A stretch of DNA of 42,117 nucleotides from Actinomycetota bacterium (lineage in GTDB: Bacteria; Actinomycetota; UBA4738; HRBIN12): contig DASWDB010000020.1 in NCBI GenBank assembly GCA_036395715.1, positions 1 to 42,117 of the forward strand, written 5' to 3'. Positions 1 through 7,979 of this stretch are shown piece after piece. The translations under genes were made by a program, and so were the position numbers. Each line of letters begins with the position of its first letter. Position 1 is the stretch's first letter. The notes under the pieces are model-generated. The model did not search any database, had not been told where the DNA came from, and saw nothing but the letters and a program-made list of their open reading frames with translations.

Positions 1-1
1 G

Positions 2-1624
2 GAGGGGCACGACTACACCGACGCGCTCAACCGTCCGAGCCCCAACCCCTACGCTATCCAGGGCCTCGTTCCCTTCTTCGACGGAGCGAGGCTGATCCTC
101 GGACTGCTGTTCATCGTGGTCATGGGCTTGGCCGTGGCGTCGCTCGTGGTGCGCTTCCGCCGAGGCGACGGGGAAGAACGTGAGCAGATCAAGTGGCTGA
201 TGTTCGCGGGAGCTGCCACCGTGATCTGGTTCGCCCTGCCCCTCAACCATGGGAACGGTGGATGGCCCGACTTCGTCCAGGGATTCGTCCTCGCCCTGAT
301 CCCGTTGTCGATCGGCGTCGCGATCTTGAAGTACCGGCTCTACGACATCGACGTCGTGATCCGCAAGACCGTCGTGTTCGGCGTCCTCGCCGCGTTCATC
401 ACGCTGGTGTACGTCGCGATCGTTCAAGGGCTGGGATCGCTGTTCACCGACACGTTGGTCCTGCGGATCGTGGCGACGGCGCTCGTCGCGGTCGCGTTCC
501 AGCCCGTACGCGATCGCGCGAACCGGCTCGCGAACCGGCTCGTCTACGGGGATCGAGCGACGCCCTACGAGGTGCTCGCGCGCTTCGGCGAGCGCGTCGG
601 CGAGACGTATGCGAGCGACGACGTGCTGCCACGGATCGCACGGGTGATCGCCGAGGGAACCGCGGCGGCCCGTTCGGACGTTTGGCTCCGGCTGGGGGAC
701 AGGCTCACGCTCGCGGCCTCGTGGCCCGTCGTCGAACCGCAGGGTTCGTTCGCGATGGAGGGCGACGAGCTCCCCCCGATCGATGCCGACCGGGTTGCGC
801 CCGTGCGCCACCAGGGAGAGCTCCTCGGCGCGATCGCCGTGACCAAGCCGGCGAGCGAACCGCTCGGCGCCGGGGAAGCCGAGCTCCTGGACCGTCTCGC
901 GGAGCAGGCGGGGCTCGTGCTCGCGAACGCGCGGCTCACCGCCGATCTGGAGGCTCGACTGATGCAGATCGCGCAGCAAGCCGCCGATCTCCGTGCCTCC
1001 CGGCAAAGGATCGTGGCCGCGCAGGACGAGGAACGTCGACGCTTGGAGCGCAACATCCACGACGGAGCCCAGCAGCACCTGGTCGCGCTCGCCGTGAAGC
1101 TTCGCCTCGCGAAGAGCGCCCTCCAGAAGGACCCGGCGCACGGACGACGGATGCTCGAAGAGATCCGCGGAGAGGTCGACGCGGCGTTGGACACCTTGCG
1201 ATCGCTCGCTCTGGGCATCTACCCCCCGCTCCTCGAGGAGCAAGGCATCGCCGCCGCGCTCGCTGCCCAGTACGTGCGGAGCAGTCTGCCCGTCCGGATG
1301 GCGAGCGACGGGATCGGGAGGTATCCGATCGAGCTCGAGGCCGCCGTGTACTTCTGCACCCTCGAGGCGCTGCAGAACGCGGCGAAGTACGCGCACGCGA
1401 GCGCGATCACGATCTCGTTCCGGGAACTGGACGGCGCCCTCGAGTTCAGCGTCGTCGATGACGGTGTCGGCTTCGATCCGACGTCGCGACCGGCGGGAAG
1501 CGGCATCCAAGGGATCCGCGACCGGATGGCGGTGTTCGGTGGGGATGCCGAGATCGCGTCGTCGCCCGGCGCCGGGACCACGGTCGTCGGACGGGTGCCC
1601 GTCCACGAAACGGTGCGGGCATGA
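2..1624 (+). CDS. Sensor histidine kinase paralog 1 (HisKA_3 / NarL-partner type), 5' end cut by window edge
   Basis: The frame is open from nt 2, with no stop upstream of the track start at 116, so the gene is 5' partial. TM segments, an ILKYRLYDIDVVI motif and a GAF-like linker are present. H-box RIVAAQDEERRRLERNIHDGAQQHLVAL, N-box LEALQNAAKYA, G1 DDGVGFD, G2 GSGIQG. The stop overlaps the next start (ATGA at 1621-1624). Confidence 0.9.
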   Translation, partial: EGHDYTDALNRPSPNPYAIQGLVPFFDGARLILGLLFIVVMGLAVASLVVRFRRGDGEEREQIKWLMFAGAATVIWFALPLNHGNGGWPDFVQGFVLALIPLSIGVAILKYRLYDIDVVIRKTVVFGVLAAFITLVYVAIVQGLGSLFTDTLVLRIVATALVAVAFQPVRDRANRLANRLVYGDRATPYEVLARFGERVGETYASDDVLPRIARVIAEGTAAARSDVWLRLGDRLTLAASWPVVEPQGSFAMEGDELPPIDADRVAPVRHQGELLGAIAVTKPASEPLGAGEAELLDRLAEQAGLVLANARLTADLEARLMQIAQQAADLRASRQRIVAAQDEERRRLERNIHDGAQQHLVALAVKLRLAKSALQKDPAHGRRMLEEIRGEVDAALDTLRSLALGIYPPLLEEQGIAAALAAQYVRSSLPVRMASDGIGRYPIELEAAVYFCTLEALQNAAKYAHASAITISFRELDGALEFSVVDDGVGFDPTSRPAGSGIQGIRDRMAVFGGDAEIASSPGAGTTVVGRVPVHETVRA

Positions 1625-3639
1625 GGCGCCGAGCGGCGATCGCGTTCCTGGTGGCGCCGCCGCTCATCCTCGTGGCGGCCTGCGGCGTGAACGCCTGGGC
1701 GGGGAGGAGCTGGGTTGATCCCCTCGAATGGGCACCCCTCGCGCTGGCCTGCGCCGCCGTCGGGTCCCTCCTTTGGCTCCGGCGTGCCGGTGGGGCGATC
1801 GCCGGGCTGTTCATCTACATGGGGATCGGGCTGCCGGTCGGCACGATCGTCGAGGCGTACGCACGAGGGGCGGTCGAACACGGTCTTCCCGGGGCGTCAT
1901 GGGCGGCGTGGCTCTTCCAAACGTCCCTGGGCTTGTCGCTCGGCTTCTACCTGATCCTGCAGCTGTTCCCCACGGGCGCACCCTTGTCACGTCGATGGCG
2001 GGCCCTCGTCTGGCTCACGATCGCGACCGGGGCGGTCGTGCTCCTGACGTCGGCGCTGGGGATGACGCCCGAGTTCACGGCGAACTTCCCGGGGGTGGTG
2101 CATCCGCTCCAGGTCCTCCCCGCCGCAACAACGGATCTCCTCGACGGGATCGGCGGGGCCGGCACGTTGATCTTATTCGTCGCGTCGGCCGTCGAGATCG
2201 TCCTGCGATACCGACGCTCCGCCGGGGAGGGGCGAGCCCAGATGAAGTGGTTCGCCGCGGCCTCTGCATTGGCGGCGGGCGGTTTCATCGTGGGCTTCGC
2301 CACGCTTCCGGACAACCCGGCGATCGCCTTCGCGTTGCTCTCCCCACTGATCCCGATCGCCGCCGGCATCGCGATCCTGAAGTACCACGTCTACGACATC
2401 GACATCGTGATCTCGAAGACGGTGGTCTTCGCGTTGCTCGGCGTGTTCATCGCGGCCGTCTACGTGGCGATCGTGGTCGGGATCGGGACCGTCGCCGGCA
2501 ACACGACGAGCCCCGCACTCTCGATCGCCGCCACCATCCTGGTGGCGGTGTTGTTCCAGCCAGTGCGGGTGCGCGCGCAACGCCTGGCGAACCGGCTGGT
2601 CTACGGCGAGCGGGCCACGCCGTACGAAGTGATGGCGGGCTTCTCCGGACGGGTCGCTGACGCCGTTTCGACCGACCGGGTCCTGCCGCAGATGGCCGAG
2701 GCGGCGGGCCGGGGGGTCGGAGCCGTCGAAGCGTCTGTTCGCGTCCGTCTGCCCGGTGGGCTCGAGCGGGTGGAGCGGTGGTCGGCGCCGGGCGCCACCA
2801 CGGACCGCGTCGCCGAGCCGTTGACGATCACGATCGGTTATCAGGGAGAACCCGTAGGGGACCTGAGCGTGACGAAGTCGCCGACCGACCCCTTGACGCC
2901 GGCGGAGCAGGTGCTCCTGCGCGATCTTGGCGCGCAAGCGGGGCTGGCGCTGCACAACGTCCGATTGTCCGAAGAGCTCGAGACGCGTCTGCGCGAACTG
3001 GACGTGCAGGCCGCGGCGCTGCGCCTGTCGCGTGAGCGCCTGGTCACCGCGCGCGACGCGCAGCGCCGCGGCCTCCAGCGCGATATCCACGAGGGACCCG
3101 AGCGGCAGCTGCTCGACATCCGGCAGCGGCTCCACCAGGTACGCGATGCCGACGAACTGGACGAGCTGATAACGCAGACGAACGACACCCTCGACGGGCT
3201 CCGCGACCTGGCGCGCGGGATCTTCCCGCCGCTCTTGGCCGAGCAGGGTGTCGTCGCCGCGCTCCGAGCCCATATCCGCAAGACGGGGGCGAACGCAACG
3301 GTCGAAGCGGGGCTCGGCTTCGACGATCAGCGCTTCGACGCCGACACCGAGGCGGGTGTGTACTTCTGTTGTCTCCAAGCGATCCAGAACGTGATCCGCC
3401 ATGCGAACAATGCGCCGTGCGTGGTCGCGCTGTCCCGCGATGCGGACGCGATCGCGTTCGAGATCCGCGATGCCGGCCCCGGGTTCGATGTCGCGACCAC
3501 GCCGCGTGGCATGGGCCTGCAGATCGTCCAGGATCGAGTCGACGCACTCGACGGATCCCTGGAGGTCGCAAGCGGCCCGGGACGAGGGACGCGGGTCGCC
3601 GTCCGCCTGCCTATCCGAGAGCTGGAGTCGGTCGGATGA
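1621..3639 (+). CDS. Sensor histidine kinase paralog 2 (HisKA_3 type, divergent DHp)
   Basis: 672-aa ORF. Multi-TM N-terminus with LFPTGAPLSRRWR and ILKYHVYDIDIVI motifs, then RLANRLVYGERATPYEV and a GAF-like region. Divergent H-box LQRDIHEGPERQLLDI, N-box QAIQNVIRHA, G1 DAGPGFD, G2 GMGLQ. ATGA overlaps occur at both ends (1621-1624, 3636-3639). Confidence 0.88.
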   Translation: MRRRAAIAFLVAPPLILVAACGVNAWAGRSWVDPLEWAPLALACAAVGSLLWLRRAGGAIAGLFIYMGIGLPVGTIVEAYARGAVEHGLPGASWAAWLFQTSLGLSLGFYLILQLFPTGAPLSRRWRALVWLTIATGAVVLLTSALGMTPEFTANFPGVVHPLQVLPAATTDLLDGIGGAGTLILFVASAVEIVLRYRRSAGEGRAQMKWFAAASALAAGGFIVGFATLPDNPAIAFALLSPLIPIAAGIAILKYHVYDIDIVISKTVVFALLGVFIAAVYVAIVVGIGTVAGNTTSPALSIAATILVAVLFQPVRVRAQRLANRLVYGERATPYEVMAGFSGRVADAVSTDRVLPQMAEAAGRGVGAVEASVRVRLPGGLERVERWSAPGATTDRVAEPLTITIGYQGEPVGDLSVTKSPTDPLTPAEQVLLRDLGAQAGLALHNVRLSEELETRLRELDVQAAALRLSRERLVTARDAQRRGLQRDIHEGPERQLLDIRQRLHQVRDADELDELITQTNDTLDGLRDLARGIFPPLLAEQGVVAALRAHIRKTGANATVEAGLGFDDQRFDADTEAGVYFCCLQAIQNVIRHANNAPCVVALSRDADAIAFEIRDAGPGFDVATTPRGMGLQIVQDRVDALDGSLEVASGPGRGTRVAVRLPIRELESVG

Positions 3640-5723
3640 GCGACACGGATCGCGAGCGCGCGAACGCACGGAGGATCGCGATCGGGCTCGTCGCGCTCTT
3701 CGTCGCGCTCTGGGTGATCCGTCTGATCCTGGGCATCGCCACCGGCAGCCTGACCGACCAGTCGAGCTGGATCCTGGACCTGATCTTCGACGCCAGCGCG
3801 ATCGTCTTCTCCACGTTGATCCTGCTCGTCGGGTGGGCGATCGTGACCCGACAGCCGAGGAACACGATCGGCTGGCTCCTGATGCTGATCCCGATCCTCG
3901 GGATCCTCGGATTCGTGGTCGGCGATTACGCGACCCAGGCCCTCGCGACCCACCCGGGATCGCTCCCGTTCGGTCGGGTCGCCGCCTGGTTCGATCGTTG
4001 GCTGATCGTCGCCGTCCTCGCGATCTTCATCCCGTTGTTCCTGTTGTTCCCTGACGGGAGGCTCCCGTCGCGACGGTGGCGCCCGGTCCTGTGGTTCACG
4101 ATCGCCGCCACGGTCGTCACCGTGGTCGGGTTCGCCGTGACGCCGGGACGCTTGACCGGCGCCTTCTCCGACCTCACGAGCGTCACGGTGACGAACCCGC
4201 TCGGCATCGATGCGTTCGCCGGGTCGATCGATGTCATCACGCAGCTCGCGGGGATCGCGATCGTGATCAGCGCGTTCCTCGCAGGTGCCGCCATCGTCGT
4301 CCGGTTCCGGGGGGCATCGGGGGAGGTCCGTCAGCAGATCAAGTGGCTCGCGTTCGTGGGGGCCGCGCTCATGGTCGAGTTCGTCGTCGGGATCGTGGTA
4401 ACGGCGATCGTGGGCGACCGGTCCAGCTCGTCGGACACCGTCGGCAACATCCTGTTCGCGATCTGGACCCTCACGCTGCTCGGTGGGATCCCCGTCGCGT
4501 GCGCCATCGCGATCCTCAAGTACCGCCTCTACGACCTCGACGTCGTGGTCCGCAAGGCCGTGGTCTTCGGCCTGCTGGCCGTGTTCATCACCGCCGTCTA
4601 CGCCGCGATCGTCGGCGTGCTGACCACCCAGGTGAGCTCGGCGATCGGCTCGTTCGCCGCGGCTGCGACCTTGGCGGTCCTTTTCGCGCCGGCACGCGAT
4701 CGTGCACGGAGACTCGCCGACCGCCTCGTCTACGGGAAGCGAGCAACCCCGTACGAGGTCTTGGCGGACTTCTCGAGCCGGGTCGGCGAGGCCTATGCCG
4801 CCGACGACGTCTTGGATCGGATGGTGGGCGTCCTGGCCAACGGGACCGGAGCCGAGGTTGCGACCGTCTGGCTGAACGTCTCGAACGACCTCCGGCCCGC
4901 AGCGACGTTCCCCGAGGGAGCCACGCCGGCCGAAGGGACCTCGGTCCCCGTCGTGCATCACGGGGAGGAGCTGGGTGCGCTCTCGATCAGGATGCCCGCG
5001 TCCGACCCGGTCGATCCAACCAAGCGGAAGCTCGTCGAAGACCTCGCGGCGCAGGCGGGTCTGGTGCTCCGGAACGTCCGCCTGATCGAAGAGCTCCGCG
5101 CGTCGCGGCAACGGCTCGTGGCCGCGCAGGACGAAGAGCGGCGCAAGCTGGAACGCAACCTCCACGACGGCGCGCAGCAACAGCTCGTGGCGCTTTCGGT
5201 GCAGCTCAAGCTTGCGGAGCAGCTCGCGGGCAAGGACACCGAGAAGGAGCGAGCACTGCTCGCGAGGCTTGCCTCCCAAGCGAACGGGGCCCTCGCGGAT
5301 CTCCGCGACCTGGCGCGCGGGATCTACCCACCCTTGCTGGCGGACAAGGGGCTGGCCGCGGCGCTCGAGAGCCAAGCGCGGAAAGCCGCCGTGCCCACGA
5401 CCGTCGAAGCCGATCGCATCGGGCGTTACCCGGAGGAGATCGAGTCGACGATCTACTTCTGCACCCTCGAGGCGCTCAACAACGTCGCGAAGTACGCAGA
5501 AGCCGGTCGCGCGATCGTGCGGCTGTCCCAGCCGGACGGCCACGTCGAGTTCACGGTCGACGACGACGGGCGTGGGTTCGATGCCGCTGCGTCGAGCTAC
5601 GGCACCGGCCTGCAGGGGATGGCCGACCGCTTGGATGCGGTCGGCGGCGAGCTGCGGGTCGAGAGCCGTCCGGGGCACGGCACGAGCGTCACCGGGCGGG
5701 TGCCGGTCGGAGAGGCGCGATGA
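3636..5723 (+). CDS. Sensor histidine kinase paralog 3 (HisKA_3 type)
   Basis: Start chosen at ATG 3636 (MSDTDRERANARR...), in frame with track ORF 3369..5723 and overlapping the HK2 stop as ATGA. Motifs: TRQPRNTIGW, LFPDGRLPSRRWR, ILKYRLYDLDVVV, RLVYGKRATPYEV. A GAF-like region follows. H-box RLVAAQDEERRKLERNLHDGAQQQLVAL, N-box LEALNNVAKYA, G1 DDGRGFD, G2 GTGLQGMADR. Confidence 0.9.
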   Translation: MSDTDRERANARRIAIGLVALFVALWVIRLILGIATGSLTDQSSWILDLIFDASAIVFSTLILLVGWAIVTRQPRNTIGWLLMLIPILGILGFVVGDYATQALATHPGSLPFGRVAAWFDRWLIVAVLAIFIPLFLLFPDGRLPSRRWRPVLWFTIAATVVTVVGFAVTPGRLTGAFSDLTSVTVTNPLGIDAFAGSIDVITQLAGIAIVISAFLAGAAIVVRFRGASGEVRQQIKWLAFVGAALMVEFVVGIVVTAIVGDRSSSSDTVGNILFAIWTLTLLGGIPVACAIAILKYRLYDLDVVVRKAVVFGLLAVFITAVYAAIVGVLTTQVSSAIGSFAAAATLAVLFAPARDRARRLADRLVYGKRATPYEVLADFSSRVGEAYAADDVLDRMVGVLANGTGAEVATVWLNVSNDLRPAATFPEGATPAEGTSVPVVHHGEELGALSIRMPASDPVDPTKRKLVEDLAAQAGLVLRNVRLIEELRASRQRLVAAQDEERRKLERNLHDGAQQQLVALSVQLKLAEQLAGKDTEKERALLARLASQANGALADLRDLARGIYPPLLADKGLAAALESQARKAAVPTTVEADRIGRYPEEIESTIYFCTLEALNNVAKYAEAGRAIVRLSQPDGHVEFTVDDDGRGFDAAASSYGTGLQGMADRLDAVGGELRVESRPGHGTSVTGRVPVGEAR

Positions 5724-7960
5724 CCGCTCGAACGGCGACGCTGATCTCTCGGATCGTGATCGGGCTCGGGCTCCTGATGATCGCGGTCGCGATCCTCGTG
5801 AGCCGAACGACGACGTGGCGAGCGGATCCCCACGAGATCGTGGTGATCCCCCAAGGACTCACGTCTCGGGTCGTCGACGCCGCGGCGACCCTTCGGAACG
5901 ATCCCGAGGCTGCGACGGACCCATCGCTGGCCGACGCGCCCGAGGTGATGCAGCACGAGCAGGACCGCGTGGCGCAGGGCGTGAAGCTCACGACCACGGC
6001 CAACTCCCCGGGCGCGGGCATCGTCTTGGTGGTCAGCCTGCTGTGGATGGGGACGGGGAGCGTGATCGTCTCCCGGCAACCTCGCAACCTGGCCGGGTGG
6101 GTGTTCCTCGCGCTCGGCTTCTTGATCGTCCTGGAAGGACTCAGCCAGATCATGGTGTTCGCCGCGTTGAAGGCGGATGCAGGCATCCCACTCGTGTCGG
6201 CATGGGCCATCGCGGGCGAATACGCGGTCTTCCCCATGGTCCTGTTGCCCCTGTTGTGGCTGCTCTTCCCCGACGGCCGGCCGCCCTCGCCACGGTGGCG
6301 CTGGGCGGTGCGCGGGTTCGTCGTCGCGGTGGGAGTCGCCTTGGCCGCCTACGTGGTCACGCCCGGGCCACTGAACAACTTCGTGGACTTCGGGGTCCTG
6401 TACATGAACCCGCTGGCAGTGTCAGCTTTGTCGGGGATCGCGCCCGCGATCACCGGCATCGGCGGCATGATCGCGTTGATCCTCGGGATCGCGACGATCT
6501 TCGGCGTTCGAGGTCGATTCAAGCGGGCGACCGGCGATGAACGGCAGCAGCTCCGCTGGCTCGTCTTCGTCACGACGCTCGCGGGAGTGCTGTTCTTCGT
6601 CATCTTCGGGAGCGGGCTCATCGCCGAGCAGGTCTTCCATCATCCGAACCCGCATGTGGGCGGCGTCGATGTCTTCGACCTGCTGTTCGGCCTGTTGGCG
6701 GGGCTGATCGTGCTCGGGATCCCCGGTGCCTATCTGATCGCGATCTACCGCTACCACCTCTGGGACCTCGACGTCGTGATCAAGAAGGCGCTGGTCTTCG
6801 CCGTCGTGGCGGGAGGTCTCACGGTCGTGTCGCTCGGCGTGCTCCTGCTTCTCCCAGTGCTGGTCGTCGGAACCGGCCTGACGTCCACGGAGCGTGGCGT
6901 CTTCGTCGTCGGGGTCGTGATCGGAACGCTGTTCGGTCCGCTTCGGCGTCTCGCGCGGCGAGCCGCCGACCGCGCCGTGTACCACACGCGGGCGACCCCG
7001 TACGAGGTTCTCACCGAATTCAGCGGCCGCGTCGGCGAGACGTACGCGACGGACGATGTGTTGCCGCGTATGGCGCAGATCCTCGCGACCGGCGCCGGCG
7101 CGTCGTCGGCCCGGGTGCTCCTCTCGGTTGGGGGCGACCTGCGCGAAGCCGCCGCGTTCGGCGGACCTGTGAACGGAACGGAACATCTCGTCGCGGTCAC
7201 GCACCAGGGCCGAGAGCTGGGAGCGCTCGCGGTGACGATGCCGGCTAACGATCCGATGGATCCGACCAGGGAGAAACTCGTGCACGATCTCGCCGCCCAG
7301 GCGGGACCCGTGCTGCGGAACGTCGGACTGATCGAGGAGCTCCGGGCGTCACGTCAGCGCCTCGTCGCCGCCCAGGACGAGGAGCGACGCAAGATCGAGC
7401 GAAACCTCCACGATGGCGCTCAGCAGCAGCTGGTGGCGCTCGCGGTGCAACTGAAGCTGCTGGAGCAGACCGCGGGGAAGGATCCCGACCGCGACCGGCG
7501 GCTCGCCGCGACGCTCGGCTCCCAGGCCAGCGCGGCGCTCGAGGACTTGCGCGATCTGGCCCGGGGGATCTACCCGCCGCTCCTCGCCGACAAAGGTCTG
7601 TCCGCCGCGATCGAGGCGCAGGCGCGCAAGGCGGCCATCCCGGTGGAGGTCGGATCGAACGTCGCCGCGCGGTACCCACGAGACGTCGAGTCCGCCGTGT
7701 ACTTCTGCATCCTCGAAGCCCTGAACAACGTGGCGAAGTACGCGCAGGCGACCAGCGCCACCGTCACCCTCGCTCAGGCGGACGGCCACCTCACGTTCGA
7801 GGTCAGCGACGACGGAGCGGGGTTCGATCCCGACGACGCGCGCAACGGGACCGGGCTGCAAGGGATGGCCGACCGCCTCGATGCGATCGGAGGTTCGCTC
7901 ACGATCCGCAGCGTCCCCGGACTGGGCTCGACCGTCGGGGGCACGGTACCCATCTCCTAG
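5720..7960 (+). CDS. Sensor histidine kinase paralog 4 (HisKA_3 type)
   Basis: Start chosen at ATG 5720 (MTARTATLISRIV...), in frame with track ORF 4076..7960 and overlapping the HK3 stop as ATGA (5720-5723). Motifs: SRQPRNLAGW, LFPDGRPPSPRWR, IYRYHLWDLDVVI, RATPYEV. A GAF-like region follows. H-box RLVAAQDEERRKIERNLHDGAQQQLVAL, N-box LEALNNVAKYA, G1 DDGAGFD, G2 GTGLQGMADR. Confidence 0.9.
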   Translation: MTARTATLISRIVIGLGLLMIAVAILVSRTTTWRADPHEIVVIPQGLTSRVVDAAATLRNDPEAATDPSLADAPEVMQHEQDRVAQGVKLTTTANSPGAGIVLVVSLLWMGTGSVIVSRQPRNLAGWVFLALGFLIVLEGLSQIMVFAALKADAGIPLVSAWAIAGEYAVFPMVLLPLLWLLFPDGRPPSPRWRWAVRGFVVAVGVALAAYVVTPGPLNNFVDFGVLYMNPLAVSALSGIAPAITGIGGMIALILGIATIFGVRGRFKRATGDERQQLRWLVFVTTLAGVLFFVIFGSGLIAEQVFHHPNPHVGGVDVFDLLFGLLAGLIVLGIPGAYLIAIYRYHLWDLDVVIKKALVFAVVAGGLTVVSLGVLLLLPVLVVGTGLTSTERGVFVVGVVIGTLFGPLRRLARRAADRAVYHTRATPYEVLTEFSGRVGETYATDDVLPRMAQILATGAGASSARVLLSVGGDLREAAAFGGPVNGTEHLVAVTHQGRELGALAVTMPANDPMDPTREKLVHDLAAQAGPVLRNVGLIEELRASRQRLVAAQDEERRKIERNLHDGAQQQLVALAVQLKLLEQTAGKDPDRDRRLAATLGSQASAALEDLRDLARGIYPPLLADKGLSAAIEAQARKAAIPVEVGSNVAARYPRDVESAVYFCILEALNNVAKYAQATSATVTLAQADGHLTFEVSDDGAGFDPDDARNGTGLQGMADRLDAIGGSLTIRSVPGLGSTVGGTVPIS

Positions 7961-7979
7961 GGCGCCCACACGTCGGCCG

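Noticed and set aside
2173-5678. Long antisense ORFs opposite the kinase array (2173..3669, 3327..5678; likewise 6422..7285)
   Set aside because: These are typical of very GC-rich DNA, where stop codons are rare on the antisense strand. Composition is dominated by R, D, P, G and H, with no motifs and no SD or start context.
4076-7960. 1294-aa ORF (and 784-aa ORF 3369..5723) suggesting giant kinases
   Set aside because: The N-terminal parts are Arg/Pro/Gly-rich out-of-frame translation of the preceding kinase gene. The real starts are the ATGs at 5720 and 3636, which overlap the upstream stops as ATGA and begin with credible TM-containing N-termini.
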